Shown here: positions 1-8,122 of the stretch, piece after piece | How the letters are laid out: each line of letters begins with the position of its first letter | How positions within the stretch are numbered: the stretch's first letter is position 1 | Assembly (NCBI RefSeq): GCF_006345805.1 | Contig: NW_021826069.1 | Coordinates: 1 to 13,734, forward strand | Reading direction: 5' to 3' | Source: Octopus sinensis | Taxonomy: Eukaryota | Length of the DNA stretch: 13,734 nucleotides | Position numbers and translations under genes: made by a program | Notes under the pieces: generated by a model | What the model was told of the DNA's origin: nothing | The model's database searches: none | The model's input: only the letters and a program-made list of their open reading frames with translations

Positions 1-26
1 AGTATACACATATGTGATCATACGCA

Positions 27-175
27 CGCCACACACATACGTTTCACTCACACACGTTCTCTCTCTCTCCCTCTCTCTCTCTCCCTCTCCCTCTCTCTCT
101 CTCCCTCTCTCTCCCCCTTTCTCTCTCTCGCTAACACACACGCACACACTCATATACACACAAACACACAAAATC
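27..175. repeat. compound (CA)n/(CT)n microsatellite
   Basis: CT/CCT run at ~56-130 flanked by CA-rich runs. Confidence 0.9.
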
Positions 176-276
176 ACTCAAGGCTGGACCAAAAAACAAA
201 CAACTGTCAATGTATGTGAATATACAAGGTGTACATATATATATGCACACCTGTGTATAGAATACACATCGGTGTA

Positions 277-768
277 ATATTGCATGTGTGTGTATATACA
301 TGCAAATCTCAACACGTGGGTTTCTGCCCACGTGTGTATAGGTGTACAGTGCGAATGTATACACGTTATGCAGACTACATTTATAGACAGAAACATAAAA
401 CTACACCCCTATATAATATATGAAGGGATGGGCATGCGTATTTAGAAAAGGTATACCTATGAGTGTGTGTATATATATTGTGTATATATATATATGTGTG
501 TATATATTATAATATATATACACATATATATATATATATAACATAATATAATATATACACACATATATATATACACACAATATATACACACACTCATAGG
601 TATACCTTTTCTAAATACGCATGCCCCTCCCTTCATATATTATATGAGTGGGTGTATGTTTTCTGTCTATAAATGTAGTCTGCATAACGTGTATACATTC
701 GCATGTACACCTATACACACGTGGGCAGAAACCCACGTGTTGAGATTTGCATGTATATACACACACAG

Positions 769-774
<6 letters not shown>
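277..774. repeat. ~500 bp near-perfect palindrome (fold-back inverted repeat) with TA-rich centre
   Basis: The left arm atattgc...gcaaatctcaacacgtgggtttctgcccacgtgtg...ggcatgcgtatttagaaaaggtatacctatgagtgtg is the reverse complement of cacactcataggtataccttttctaaatacgcatgcc...cacacgtgggcagaaacccacgtgttgagatttgc...gcaatat. Differences are mostly small indels. Confidence 0.9.
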
Positions 775-814
<40 letters not shown>

Positions 815-883
815 ATATATATATTTATATATTGTTGTGTGTGTGTGTGTGTATGTGTATATATATATATTACATCTGTGTGT

Positions 884-919
<36 letters not shown>

Positions 920-920
920 A
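771..920. repeat. (TA)n/(TG)n compound microsatellite
   Basis: Direct inspection. Confidence 0.9.
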
Positions 921-974
921 CACGCACAAACGCACACTTGTAACTTGTGAGTGTACGAATTTAAGAATGGTGGT

Positions 975-1120
975 ACCTGGCATATGGCCAAAGGTTAGAA
1001 AATCACGCGGTTCCTTGTTCGATCTTGCTGCGTGGAACCATGGGCAAAATCATCAGGCTGGTTGATCCGTACACTCTGAGTGAAACTGTGTTGATGGAAA
1101 CTATGAAGAAGCCCATCAGA
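975..1120 (+). mobile_element. highly decayed 5' part of a tRNA-derived SINE (same family as 3233-3652)
   Basis: cacgcggttccttgttcgatcttgctgcgtggaaccatgggcaa and gatggaaactatgaagaagcccatc match the reverse complement of the 3233-3652 copy (ttcagtcccactgcgcggcaccttgggc; gacggaaactgaaagaagcccgac). Confidence 0.55.
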
Positions 1121-1275
1121 TCGAATCAGATCGAAGCTCCAGCCTTGTTACAATGTGTCACCTTGGTTCTGCTTGTCTGAGGTATACTCAACCACACGCT
1201 AATTCAATGAGGCTTTGTAGTTCAAGTGATCGAACAGCTGGAAATTCATTATCTTTAATATTGGCCAGCGTAATA

Positions 1276-1840
1276 TTGGGTTGTCCGGAAAGTTCGCGCC
1301 GATTTTTAAAGGAAATAAAAAGGTCAATAAATACTTGCCATTACATTTTTAATCAACCAAATATGAACCATCTTGTTGTACAATGCATCTCCATCTTTCC
1401 TTTATCTTGAAAATACCCTCTTCCCAGAACTGAGGTGGTTTCATGGCAAAGAATTCATCAAGGTATCTTTTTACGTCATCCAAGGAATTGAAATTTTTAC
1501 CACTAAGACTATTCTGCAGAGACCTGAATAAGTGGAAATCCGAAGGAGCAATATCTAGTGAATATGGAGGGTAGGGCAACACATCCCAGCCGAGCTGCAG
1601 CAATTTTTGTCTGGTTCCAAAGCATCAAGTGCCGAAAATGAACTTTCTTATCTGCCATTTTCAAGGGTTACAGAATTAACACAGGTTATAGGAACACAAA
1701 CCTTCTTCCACGAAGAGATAGCTTAAACTGTGCTCTAAATAGAGGTGTAGTCAAATCCTATTTTATGCACTCAACCATGTTCTAAAATAAGTCGAAAGGT
1801 AAGCTACTATAAATCGGCACGAACTTTCCGGACAGCGTAA
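1276..1840 (-). mobile_element. internally deleted mariner (Tc1/mariner) element
   Basis: 30-bp TIRs at 1276-1305 and 1811-1840 (26/30 match), with TA at both flanks. The minus strand encodes a mariner N-terminus MADKKVHFRHLMLW (ATG at 1658) joined to the C-terminal catalytic segment. Confidence 0.92.
1349..1658 (-). pseudogene. mariner transposase remnant (N-terminal 14 aa fused out of frame to the C-terminal ~85 aa)
   Basis: LGWDVLPYPPYSLDIAPSDFHLFRSLQNSL matches the mariner YSPDLAPSDFHLF motif around the third catalytic Asp. The frame offset between the segments is 16 nt, not a multiple of 3. Confidence 0.88.
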
Positions 1841-1912
1841 TATATAATGGAGAATACCTCCATTACGTTAAAGCATTAAAAAATATGAAAAATTTGATAT
1901 AAAATTTCAATA

Positions 1913-2165
1913 CAGGGTTGGCCAAAAGTTACTTGACAGTAAATCAAAAAATCATTTAATTCCAAGAAAAAATTATTCTATATGAGACTTCGCTAATAAA
2001 CAGACAAATGTTGAAAAAAAAAAGAAAAGTAAAAAGAAAAAGACGGTGATTCTTAAATCACAGCATTCAATTATTAAGCATTCATAATTGGAATGAATAA
2101 TTAAAATTGAATATTTAGTATTTATGAATTTTGATTTGCTGTCGAGAGACTTTTGGTCAACCCTG
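1913..2165. mobile_element. Tc1/mariner-type MITE (253 bp)
   Basis: TIRs cagggttggccaaaagttacttgacag / ctgtcgagagacttttggtcaaccctg (23/27 match, extending imperfectly inward), TA at 1911-1912 and 2166-2167, AT-rich non-coding interior. Confidence 0.85.
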
Positions 2166-2214
2166 TATATATGATACTGATATTGTAAATTTAATCTGTG
2201 TTTTTGGTTTTCAG

Positions 2215-2293
2215 GTGGAGGATCAGGTGGAGGGTTTACAAATTTCTCGTGAGTCTGGAGTGGTTCTTGCAGACTTTGACGATTACATCACAG
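2215..2293 (+). CDS. internal coding exon of unidentified host gene (VEDQVEGLQISRESGVVLADFDDYIT+G)
   Basis: Acceptor tttttggttttcag|GTG, donor ACAG|gtaaga, 79 bp, open in phase 0 to phase 1, non-repetitive and GC-richer than its flanks. Confidence 0.72.
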
Positions 2294-2384
2294 GTAAGAG
2301 GGTCTGAAATAATGAATTGAGATGTTGGCGGGTCGTTTATGTGACTTCTGAGGTGGCTTTGGGGACAAGCATATTCGGCCATGG

Positions 2385-3230
2385 CAACCACCCAAACAAC
2401 AAACCAACAAACCAGCCAACCAACCTGCTAACCAACCTACCAGCCAACCAACAAACCAGCCAACCAACCTGCTAACCAACCAACCAGCCAACCAACCAAC
2501 CAACCAATCAACCAACCAACCAACCAACCAGCTAACCAACCAACCAACCAACCAACCAACAACCAATCAACCAACCACCAATCAACCAACCAACCAACCA
2601 ACCAGCTAACCAACCAGCCAACCAACCAACCAACCAACCAACCAACCAACCAACCAACCAACAAACCAACCAATCAACCACCAACCAACCAACCAACCAA
2701 CCAATCAACCAACCAACCAGCCAACCAACCTGCTAACCAACCAACCAGCCAACCAAACCAACCAACCAACCAGCTAACCAACCAACCAACCAACCAACCA
2801 ACCAACCAACCACAACCAATCAACCAACCAACCAATCAATCAACCAACCAACCAACCAGCTAACCAACCAGCCAACCAACCAACCAACCAACCAACAACC
2901 AACCAACAACCAATCACCCAACCAACCAACCAACCAACCAATCAACCAACCTGCTAACCAACCAACCAGCCAACCAAACCAACCAACCAATCAACCAACC
3001 AACCAACCAACCAGCTAACCAACCAACTAACCAGCCAACCAACCAACCAACCAATCAAACAACCAACCAACCAACAAACCAACCAGCCAACCAACAAACC
3101 AACCAGCCAACCAGCCAACCAACCAACCAACCAACCAACCAACCAACCAACCAACCAACCAACCAGCTAACCAACCAACCAATTAACAACCAGCCAACCG
3201 ACCGACCAACCAACCAACCAACCAACCAAT
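2385..3230. repeat. (AACC)n tetranucleotide array, ~850 bp, with AGCC/AATC/AGCT variants
   Basis: Direct inspection; source of the LVGW-repeat ORFs. Confidence 0.97.
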
Positions 3231-3232
3231 TA

Positions 3233-3652
3233 TTCTCTTATTCTTTTGTTTGTTTCAGTCAATTGACTGCGGCCGTGCTGGAGCACCGCTTTTAGTCGAA
3301 CATGTCAATCCCAGGGCTTATTCTCAGTAAACTTAATGCTTATTCAATCGGTCTCTTTTGCCGAACCGCTAAGTTGCGGGGACGTAAACATACCAGCATC
3401 GGTTGTCAAGCAATGTTGGGAGGCACACGCACATACACACACGCGCACACCACACACACACACACACATACACACACACACACATATCCGTCGGGCTTCT
3501 TTCAGTTTCCGTCTACCAAATCCACTCACGAAGCTTTGGCCGGTTCAAGCTTATATTAGAAGAGACTAGCCCAAGGTGCCGCGCAGTGGGACTGAACCCA
3601 GAATCATGTGTTTGAAGAGCAAAGTGCTAACCACACAGCCACTCCTGTGCCT
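3233..3652 (-). mobile_element. full-length tRNA-derived SINE with internal (CA)n/(TG)n tract
   Basis: The reverse strand starts aggcacaggagtggctgtgtggttag (A-box-like) with gggttcagtccc (B-box-like), then a conserved body, an internal microsatellite at ~3425-3484 and a 3' part ending ...tgactgaaacaaacaaaagaa. It resembles abundant octopus SINEs as I recall them. Confidence 0.85.
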
Positions 3653-3730
3653 AATATATATTTATGGCGAGTTAACGCAGAACTTACTTGTACCCTAACT
3701 ATGAATTCTCATTTGTCCCTCTCATCATAG

Positions 3731-3854
3731 GTACATTAAGTTATGTTTCCACAAATTTTCACAAAACCCTAGAAATACTCGGTTTCATGGAGAAAGGGGA
3801 AAAGAAACTGACGCAGATACTCAAAATCCAATGTATTAGTTGTACAGTGGATTT
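3731..3854 (+). CDS. internal coding exon of the same host gene (GTLSYVSTNFHKTLEILGFMEKGEKKLTQILKIQCISCTVD+F/L)
   Basis: Acceptor ttctcatttgtccctctcatcatag|GT, donor TTT|gtaaga, 124 bp. It is open in exactly the phase (1) left by exon 2215-2293 and ends in phase 2. Confidence 0.7.
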
Positions 3855-3940
3855 GTAAGACATTGCAAAAAATTCCCCATCTGAGATTCTTATGAGAATA
3901 GGAGCACACACCTGAGTGTATATATATATATTTCGACAGT

Positions 3941-4332
3941 GGAGGCGCAATGGCCCAGTGGTTAGGGCAGCGGACTCGCGGTCGGAGGATCGCGGTTTCG
4001 ATTCCCAGATCGGGCGTTGTGAGTGTTTATTGAGCGAAAACACCTAAAGCTCTACGAGGCTCCGGCAGGGGTGGTGGTGACCCCTGCTGTACTCTTTCGC
4101 CTCAACTTTCTCTCACTCCACTCTTACTTCCTGTTTTTGTTGTACCTGCATTTCAAGGGGCCGGCCTTGTCACTCTCTGTGTCACGCTGAATATCCCCGA
4201 GAACTACGTTAAGGGTGCACGTGTCTGTGGAGTGCTCAGCCACTTACACGTTAATTTCACGAGCAGGCTGTTCCGTTGATTCGGATCAACCGGAACCCTC
4301 ATCGTCGTAACCGACGGAGTGCTTCCTTCCAC
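3941..4332 (+). mobile_element. full-length tRNA-derived SINE with 13-bp TSD
   Basis: A box TGGCCCAGTGG, B box GGTTTCGATTCC, and a perfect TSD atatttcgacagt at 3928-3940 and 4333-4345. Confidence 0.93.
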
Positions 4333-4438
4333 ATATTTCGACAGTTCAACAAATAAACCACCTCACCCACCTCACTCACATATTTTCAAATACTGGGAAC
4401 TCTCTTAATTTAAAAAAAATGTTTTGTCGCTTTGTTAG

Positions 4439-4516
4439 CGACTGGCTTGAATACTTCCAAGAACTTAAATTAAATTCGAAGAAAAATCATACATACTTAC
4501 AAATATGCATACAAAC
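4439..4516 (+). CDS. tentative third exon (DWLEYFQELKLNSKKNHTYLQICIQ)
   Basis: Acceptor ttttgtcgctttgttag|C, open in the phase (2) left by exon 3731-3854 (TT+C=Phe). The donor AAC|gtacat is weak and its end merges with the (ATAC)n array. Confidence 0.45.
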
Positions 4517-4533
4517 GTACATATATACATACA

Positions 4534-4565
<32 letters not shown>

Positions 4566-4638
4566 CACATATACATACATACATACATACATACATACAT
4601 ACATACATGCATACATGCATGCATACATACATATATAC

Positions 4639-4669
<31 letters not shown>

Positions 4670-5244
4670 CATGCATACATGCATAGATGCATAGATGCAT
4701 AGATGCATACATACATACATACATACATACATACATACATGCATACATGCATGCATACATGCATACATGCATACATACATGCATACATACATACATACAT
4801 ACATACATACATACATACATGCATGCATACATACATACATACATACATACATACATACATGCATACATACATACATACATACATACATGCATACATACAT
4901 ACATACATACATGCATACATGCATGCATACATGCATACATGCATACATACATGCATACATACATACATACATACATACATACATACATACATGCATACAT
5001 ACATACATACATACATACATACATACATGCATGCATACATACATACATACCTACATACATACATGCATACATACATACATACATACATGCATACATACAT
5101 ACATACATACATACATACATACATACACACATTCATACATACATACATACCTACATACATACATGCATACATGCATACATACATACATACATACATACAT
5201 ACATACATACATACATACATACATACATACATACATACATACAT
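4487..5244. repeat. (ATAC)n array with ATGC variants, ~760 bp
   Basis: Direct inspection; source of the HTYI/MYVC ORFs. Confidence 0.97.
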
Positions 5245-5447
5245 GATGGCTGCCCCCTCGTCATCGAGTATGGCCATTGCACGAAGCTTAACTGTTATTG
5301 GTGCTGTGATCGAATGTGACTTTTTAGCCCAGCCAAAGATCTACAATGTCTTGTACAGAATTGGCAGTTAAAACTTTTACCGGTAATAGCCGGCTGTAGT
5401 TGTAACTGGGCTCCATGTACCTTTGCATGTCGTTTAAGTCCTCCTGC
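5245..5447 (-). mobile_element. 5'-truncated LINE 3' end (RTE-like) encoding C-terminal C2H2 zinc finger(s)
   Basis: The minus strand reads AGGLKRHAKVH...FNCQFCTRHCRSLAGLKSHIRSQHQ* (C-x2-C-x12-H-x4-H, stop at 5295-5297), then a ~50-nt 3'UTR with a small stem-loop (ctcg-atga-cgag) running into (TATG)n. The RTE assignment is from recall of such 3' ends. Confidence 0.68.
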
Positions 5448-5468
5448 ATACATACATACATACATACA

Positions 5469-5502
<34 letters not shown>

Positions 5503-5940
5503 CACATACATACATACATACATACATAGATACAGACATACATACATATATACTACATACATACATACATACATACATACACCACATTATGACATACATT
5601 ATATGCATACATACATACATACATACTACATACATACATACATACATACACACACACATACATACATACATACATACATACATACTACATACATACATAC
5701 ATACATACATACCCACACATACATACATACATACATACATACATACATACATACATACATAGTACATACATACATGCATACATACATACATACATACATA
5801 CATACATACATACATGCATACATACATACATACATGCATACATACATACATACATACATACATACATACATACATACATACATACATACATACATACATA
5901 CATGCATACATACATACATACATACATACATACATACACA
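5447..5940. repeat. (ATAC)n array, ~490 bp
   Basis: Direct inspection. Confidence 0.97.
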
Positions 5941-6052
5941 TGTACTTATTAGACCTACATGCGCCAAGACTAATCATCGCTTTGTGTAGCTCCACTTACG
6001 TCAGAAAGCAACTTACTTGTGACTATATAAAGCCAAAAGAAACCCAAGTGAA

Positions 6053-6101
6053 GTACAGTCTGACGAAAATTTGGAGACCGAAACTTCGAAGTCACTGTGA
6101 C
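6053..6101 (+). ncRNA. degenerate minimal type I hammerhead ribozyme (Penelope-like element relic)
   Basis: Stem I GTACAGT/ACTGT(G)AC; core CTGACGA 6060-6066 and GAAA 6080-6083; palindromic stem III ACTTCGAAGT; cleavage triplet GTC 6091-6093. Stem II (aaatttggagacc) is poorly paired. TATATAAA at 6024-6031, then a T-run and AATAAA at 6124-6129. Confidence 0.65.
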
Positions 6102-6207
6102 TTTTTTTTCTTTCTAATGGTTTAATAAACATGCTCTTAATGAAGAATAATTTGAATAATTCTTCAGTTTAATGCTAAAATATGACTTGATATAATGGCA
6201 GACATTA

Positions 6208-6244
<37 letters not shown>

Positions 6245-6540
6245 CATACATGCATATATACAGAGAGAGAGAAAGAAAGAGAAAGAGCAAGAGAGAGATG
6301 TATGTGTGTATATATACATATATATATATGCACATGTATATATATATATATGTGTGTGTGTGTATACGCACATATACATATATACACATACACGTATATT
6401 GTATCATCTCTCCATTTTTCCTTCCTCTAGTCAAGCCTCCAAAAATTCACCACACGCACACATACTTACACACACATCCATACACACTCATCCTTACACA
6501 CATACATACACATATGTACACACACACATACAGACACACT
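6208..6540. repeat. compound (CA)/(TA)/(GA)/(TG) microsatellites
   Basis: Direct inspection; short unique spacer at ~6400-6450. Confidence 0.85.
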
Positions 6541-6834
6541 GGCATTTCGTCAGTTACGACGACGTGGGTTCTAGTTGATCCGATCAACGGAACAACATGT
6601 TCGTTAAATTAACGTGCTTGTGGCTAAGCACTCCACAGACACGTGTACCGTCAACGTAATTCTAAGGGAGAGTCAGCGTTACACAGAATGTGACCAGGCT
6701 GGCCCTTTAAATTACAGGTGCTACTCATTTTTTTACCGGCTGAGTGTCACGCTCAAAGCCACAGCGCATTGCCGGGAATTGAACACACGACCTTACGATT
6801 GTGAGCTGACTACCCTAACCACTAAGTCACGCAC
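6541..6834 (-). mobile_element. tRNA-derived SINE sharing its 3' ~180 bp with 3941-4332
   Basis: Reverse-strand head gtgcgtgacttagtggttagggtag...gtgttcaattccc (A/B boxes). The 3' part is homologous to 4141-4322 (cacgtgtctgtggagtgct.agccac; gttccgttgat.cggatcaac; gtcgtaac.gacg). Confidence 0.82.
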
Positions 6835-6994
6835 ATATAAACATACGCATGCTCATTTTTAATATCCCAGTCTTTTCTTGATGTACAACGGAGTAAAAAA
6901 ATCAAACCTTTTTTTAATATGAAGGGCAAGTTGCAAACGCATAAGAAACTGTTACGGACGCATATTTATCAAGAATAATAATGAATTTTATTCA

Positions 6995-7183
6995 TTATCA
7001 CACCGGGCAAAATGTTTTGCGGCATTTCGTCTGCCTTTACGTTCTGAATTAAAATTCCGCCGAGGTGAACTTTGCTTTTCATACTTTTGGAGTCGATAAA
7101 ACAAGTACCAATAGAGAACTGGAGTTGAAGTAATCAAATAGCCCTTCCCCAGAAATTACTGACTTTGTGCTTAAATTTGAAAA
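6995..7183 (+). mobile_element. decayed, 5'-clipped SINE (family of 7332-8812 copies, different 3' end)
   Basis: cggcatttcgtctgcctttacgttctgaattaaaattccgccgaggtgaactttgc matches the reverse complement of gcaaagtcgacctcggcggaatttgaactcagaacgtagcggcagacgaaatacc. Confidence 0.78.
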
Positions 7184-7331
7184 CGATATTACATATTCGT
7201 AGATATTCAGCTTATACCAAATTACAGCTTTGGACCTAAAACTACAACCATCCTTTGTTTTTTTTTTTTTTTGTTTTAAGGTGGAACTTTTGGGGAACTT
7301 ACAGTTTTAGTAGCGGATAGTTTTTTTTAAA

Positions 7332-7553
7332 ATTTCTTTATTACCCACAAGAGGCTAAATGTAGAGGGAACAAACAAAGGGATTAAGCCGATTATATCGA
7401 TCCCAGTGCGTAACTGGTACTTATTTAATCGACCCCGAAAAGACGAAAGGCTAAGTCGACCTAGGCAGAATTTGAACTCAGAACGTAGCGGCAGACGAAA
7501 TACCGCTAAGAATTTCGCCCAGCGTGCTAACGATTCTGCCAGCTCGCCGCCTT
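7332..7553 (-). mobile_element. full-length tRNA-derived SINE
   Basis: Co-linear with 7891-8122 and 8580-8812. The reverse strand starts aaggcggcgagctggcagaa with B-box-like gagttcaaattc. Confidence 0.9.
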
Positions 7554-7624
7554 ATAGCAGAGAATAGTGTTTTTCTCCCACCTCTAAAATACATCAAGCA
7601 AATTATTGTGTATATCTTGCCGAG

Positions 7625-7710
7625 ACCTTACCTACTTACTTAGGTCTTTTGTGAGCCCAAGGACCCATAAGGCCAAAGCTTAAACCCGTTTCAGTGGCGT
7701 ATAAGTTACT
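7625..7710 (-). mobile_element. possible LINE (RTE-like) 3'-terminal scrap
   Basis: The reverse strand reads ...tggccttatgggtccttgggctcacaaaagacctaagtaagtaggtaagg, with a TAAG-type tail resembling RTE 3' ends. Recall only. Confidence 0.3.
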
Positions 7711-7734
7711 GAGATTACAACATTAACATAAAAA

Positions 7735-7829
7735 ATTTGTAGGTACGTGGTACTTCGTTATGTAAACACAATATACTATATTGTATTGTACTTTGTGCTT
7801 GCATAAGAAAGTACCACGTACCTACAAAT
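7735..7829. repeat. 95-bp hairpin (37-bp arms, 21-bp spacer)
   Basis: atttgtaggtacgtggtacttcgttatgtaaacacaa vs the reverse complement of 7793-7829: 33/37 match. Confidence 0.88.
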
Positions 7830-7890
7830 CTTTAACGCTTACATACCAGCCCCAGGAGTGCGTCTAATATGTAAATTGGTATATCCAATA

Positions 7891-8122
7891 TGTTTCTGTA
7901 TTACCCACAAGGGGCTAAACACAGAGGGGACAAACAAGGACAGACAAACGGATTAAGTCGATTACATCGACCCCAATGCGTAACTGGTACTTAATTTATC
8001 GACCCCGAAAGGATGAATGGCAAAGTCGACCTCAGCGGAATTTGAACTCAGAACGTAGCGACGGGCGAAATACCGCGAAGCACTTCGCCCGGCGTGCTAA
8101 CGGTTCTGCCAGCTCGCCGCCT
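7891..8122 (-). mobile_element. full-length tRNA-derived SINE with decayed 19-bp TSD
   Basis: Flanks taaattggtatatccaata (7872-7890) and taaattggtttagccaata (8123-8141), 17/19 match. Confidence 0.92.

Noticed and set aside
14-1065. Numerous ORFs rich in YI/HT/CV/SL repeats
   Set aside because: Translations of dinucleotide microsatellites and of the palindrome; no splice signals or protein motifs.
2288-3154. LVGW-repeat ORFs resembling transmembrane repeats
   Set aside because: Minus-strand translation of the (AACC)n array.
3941-4016. tRNA-like sequence as a functional tRNA gene
   Set aside because: The A and B boxes continue into a SINE body with a TSD; the acceptor stem does not close.
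4487-5995. Long 180-220 aa His/Cys/Met-rich ORFs (HTYI, MYVC)
   Set aside because: (ATAC)n has no stop codons in several frames; only the 5295-5447 zinc-finger part is genuine coding-derived sequence.
5814-6125. ORF tail LDLHAPRLII...KIWRPKLRSHC as a host exon
   Set aside because: No convincing donor; the region is better explained as a TATA/hammerhead/poly(A)-signal cassette.
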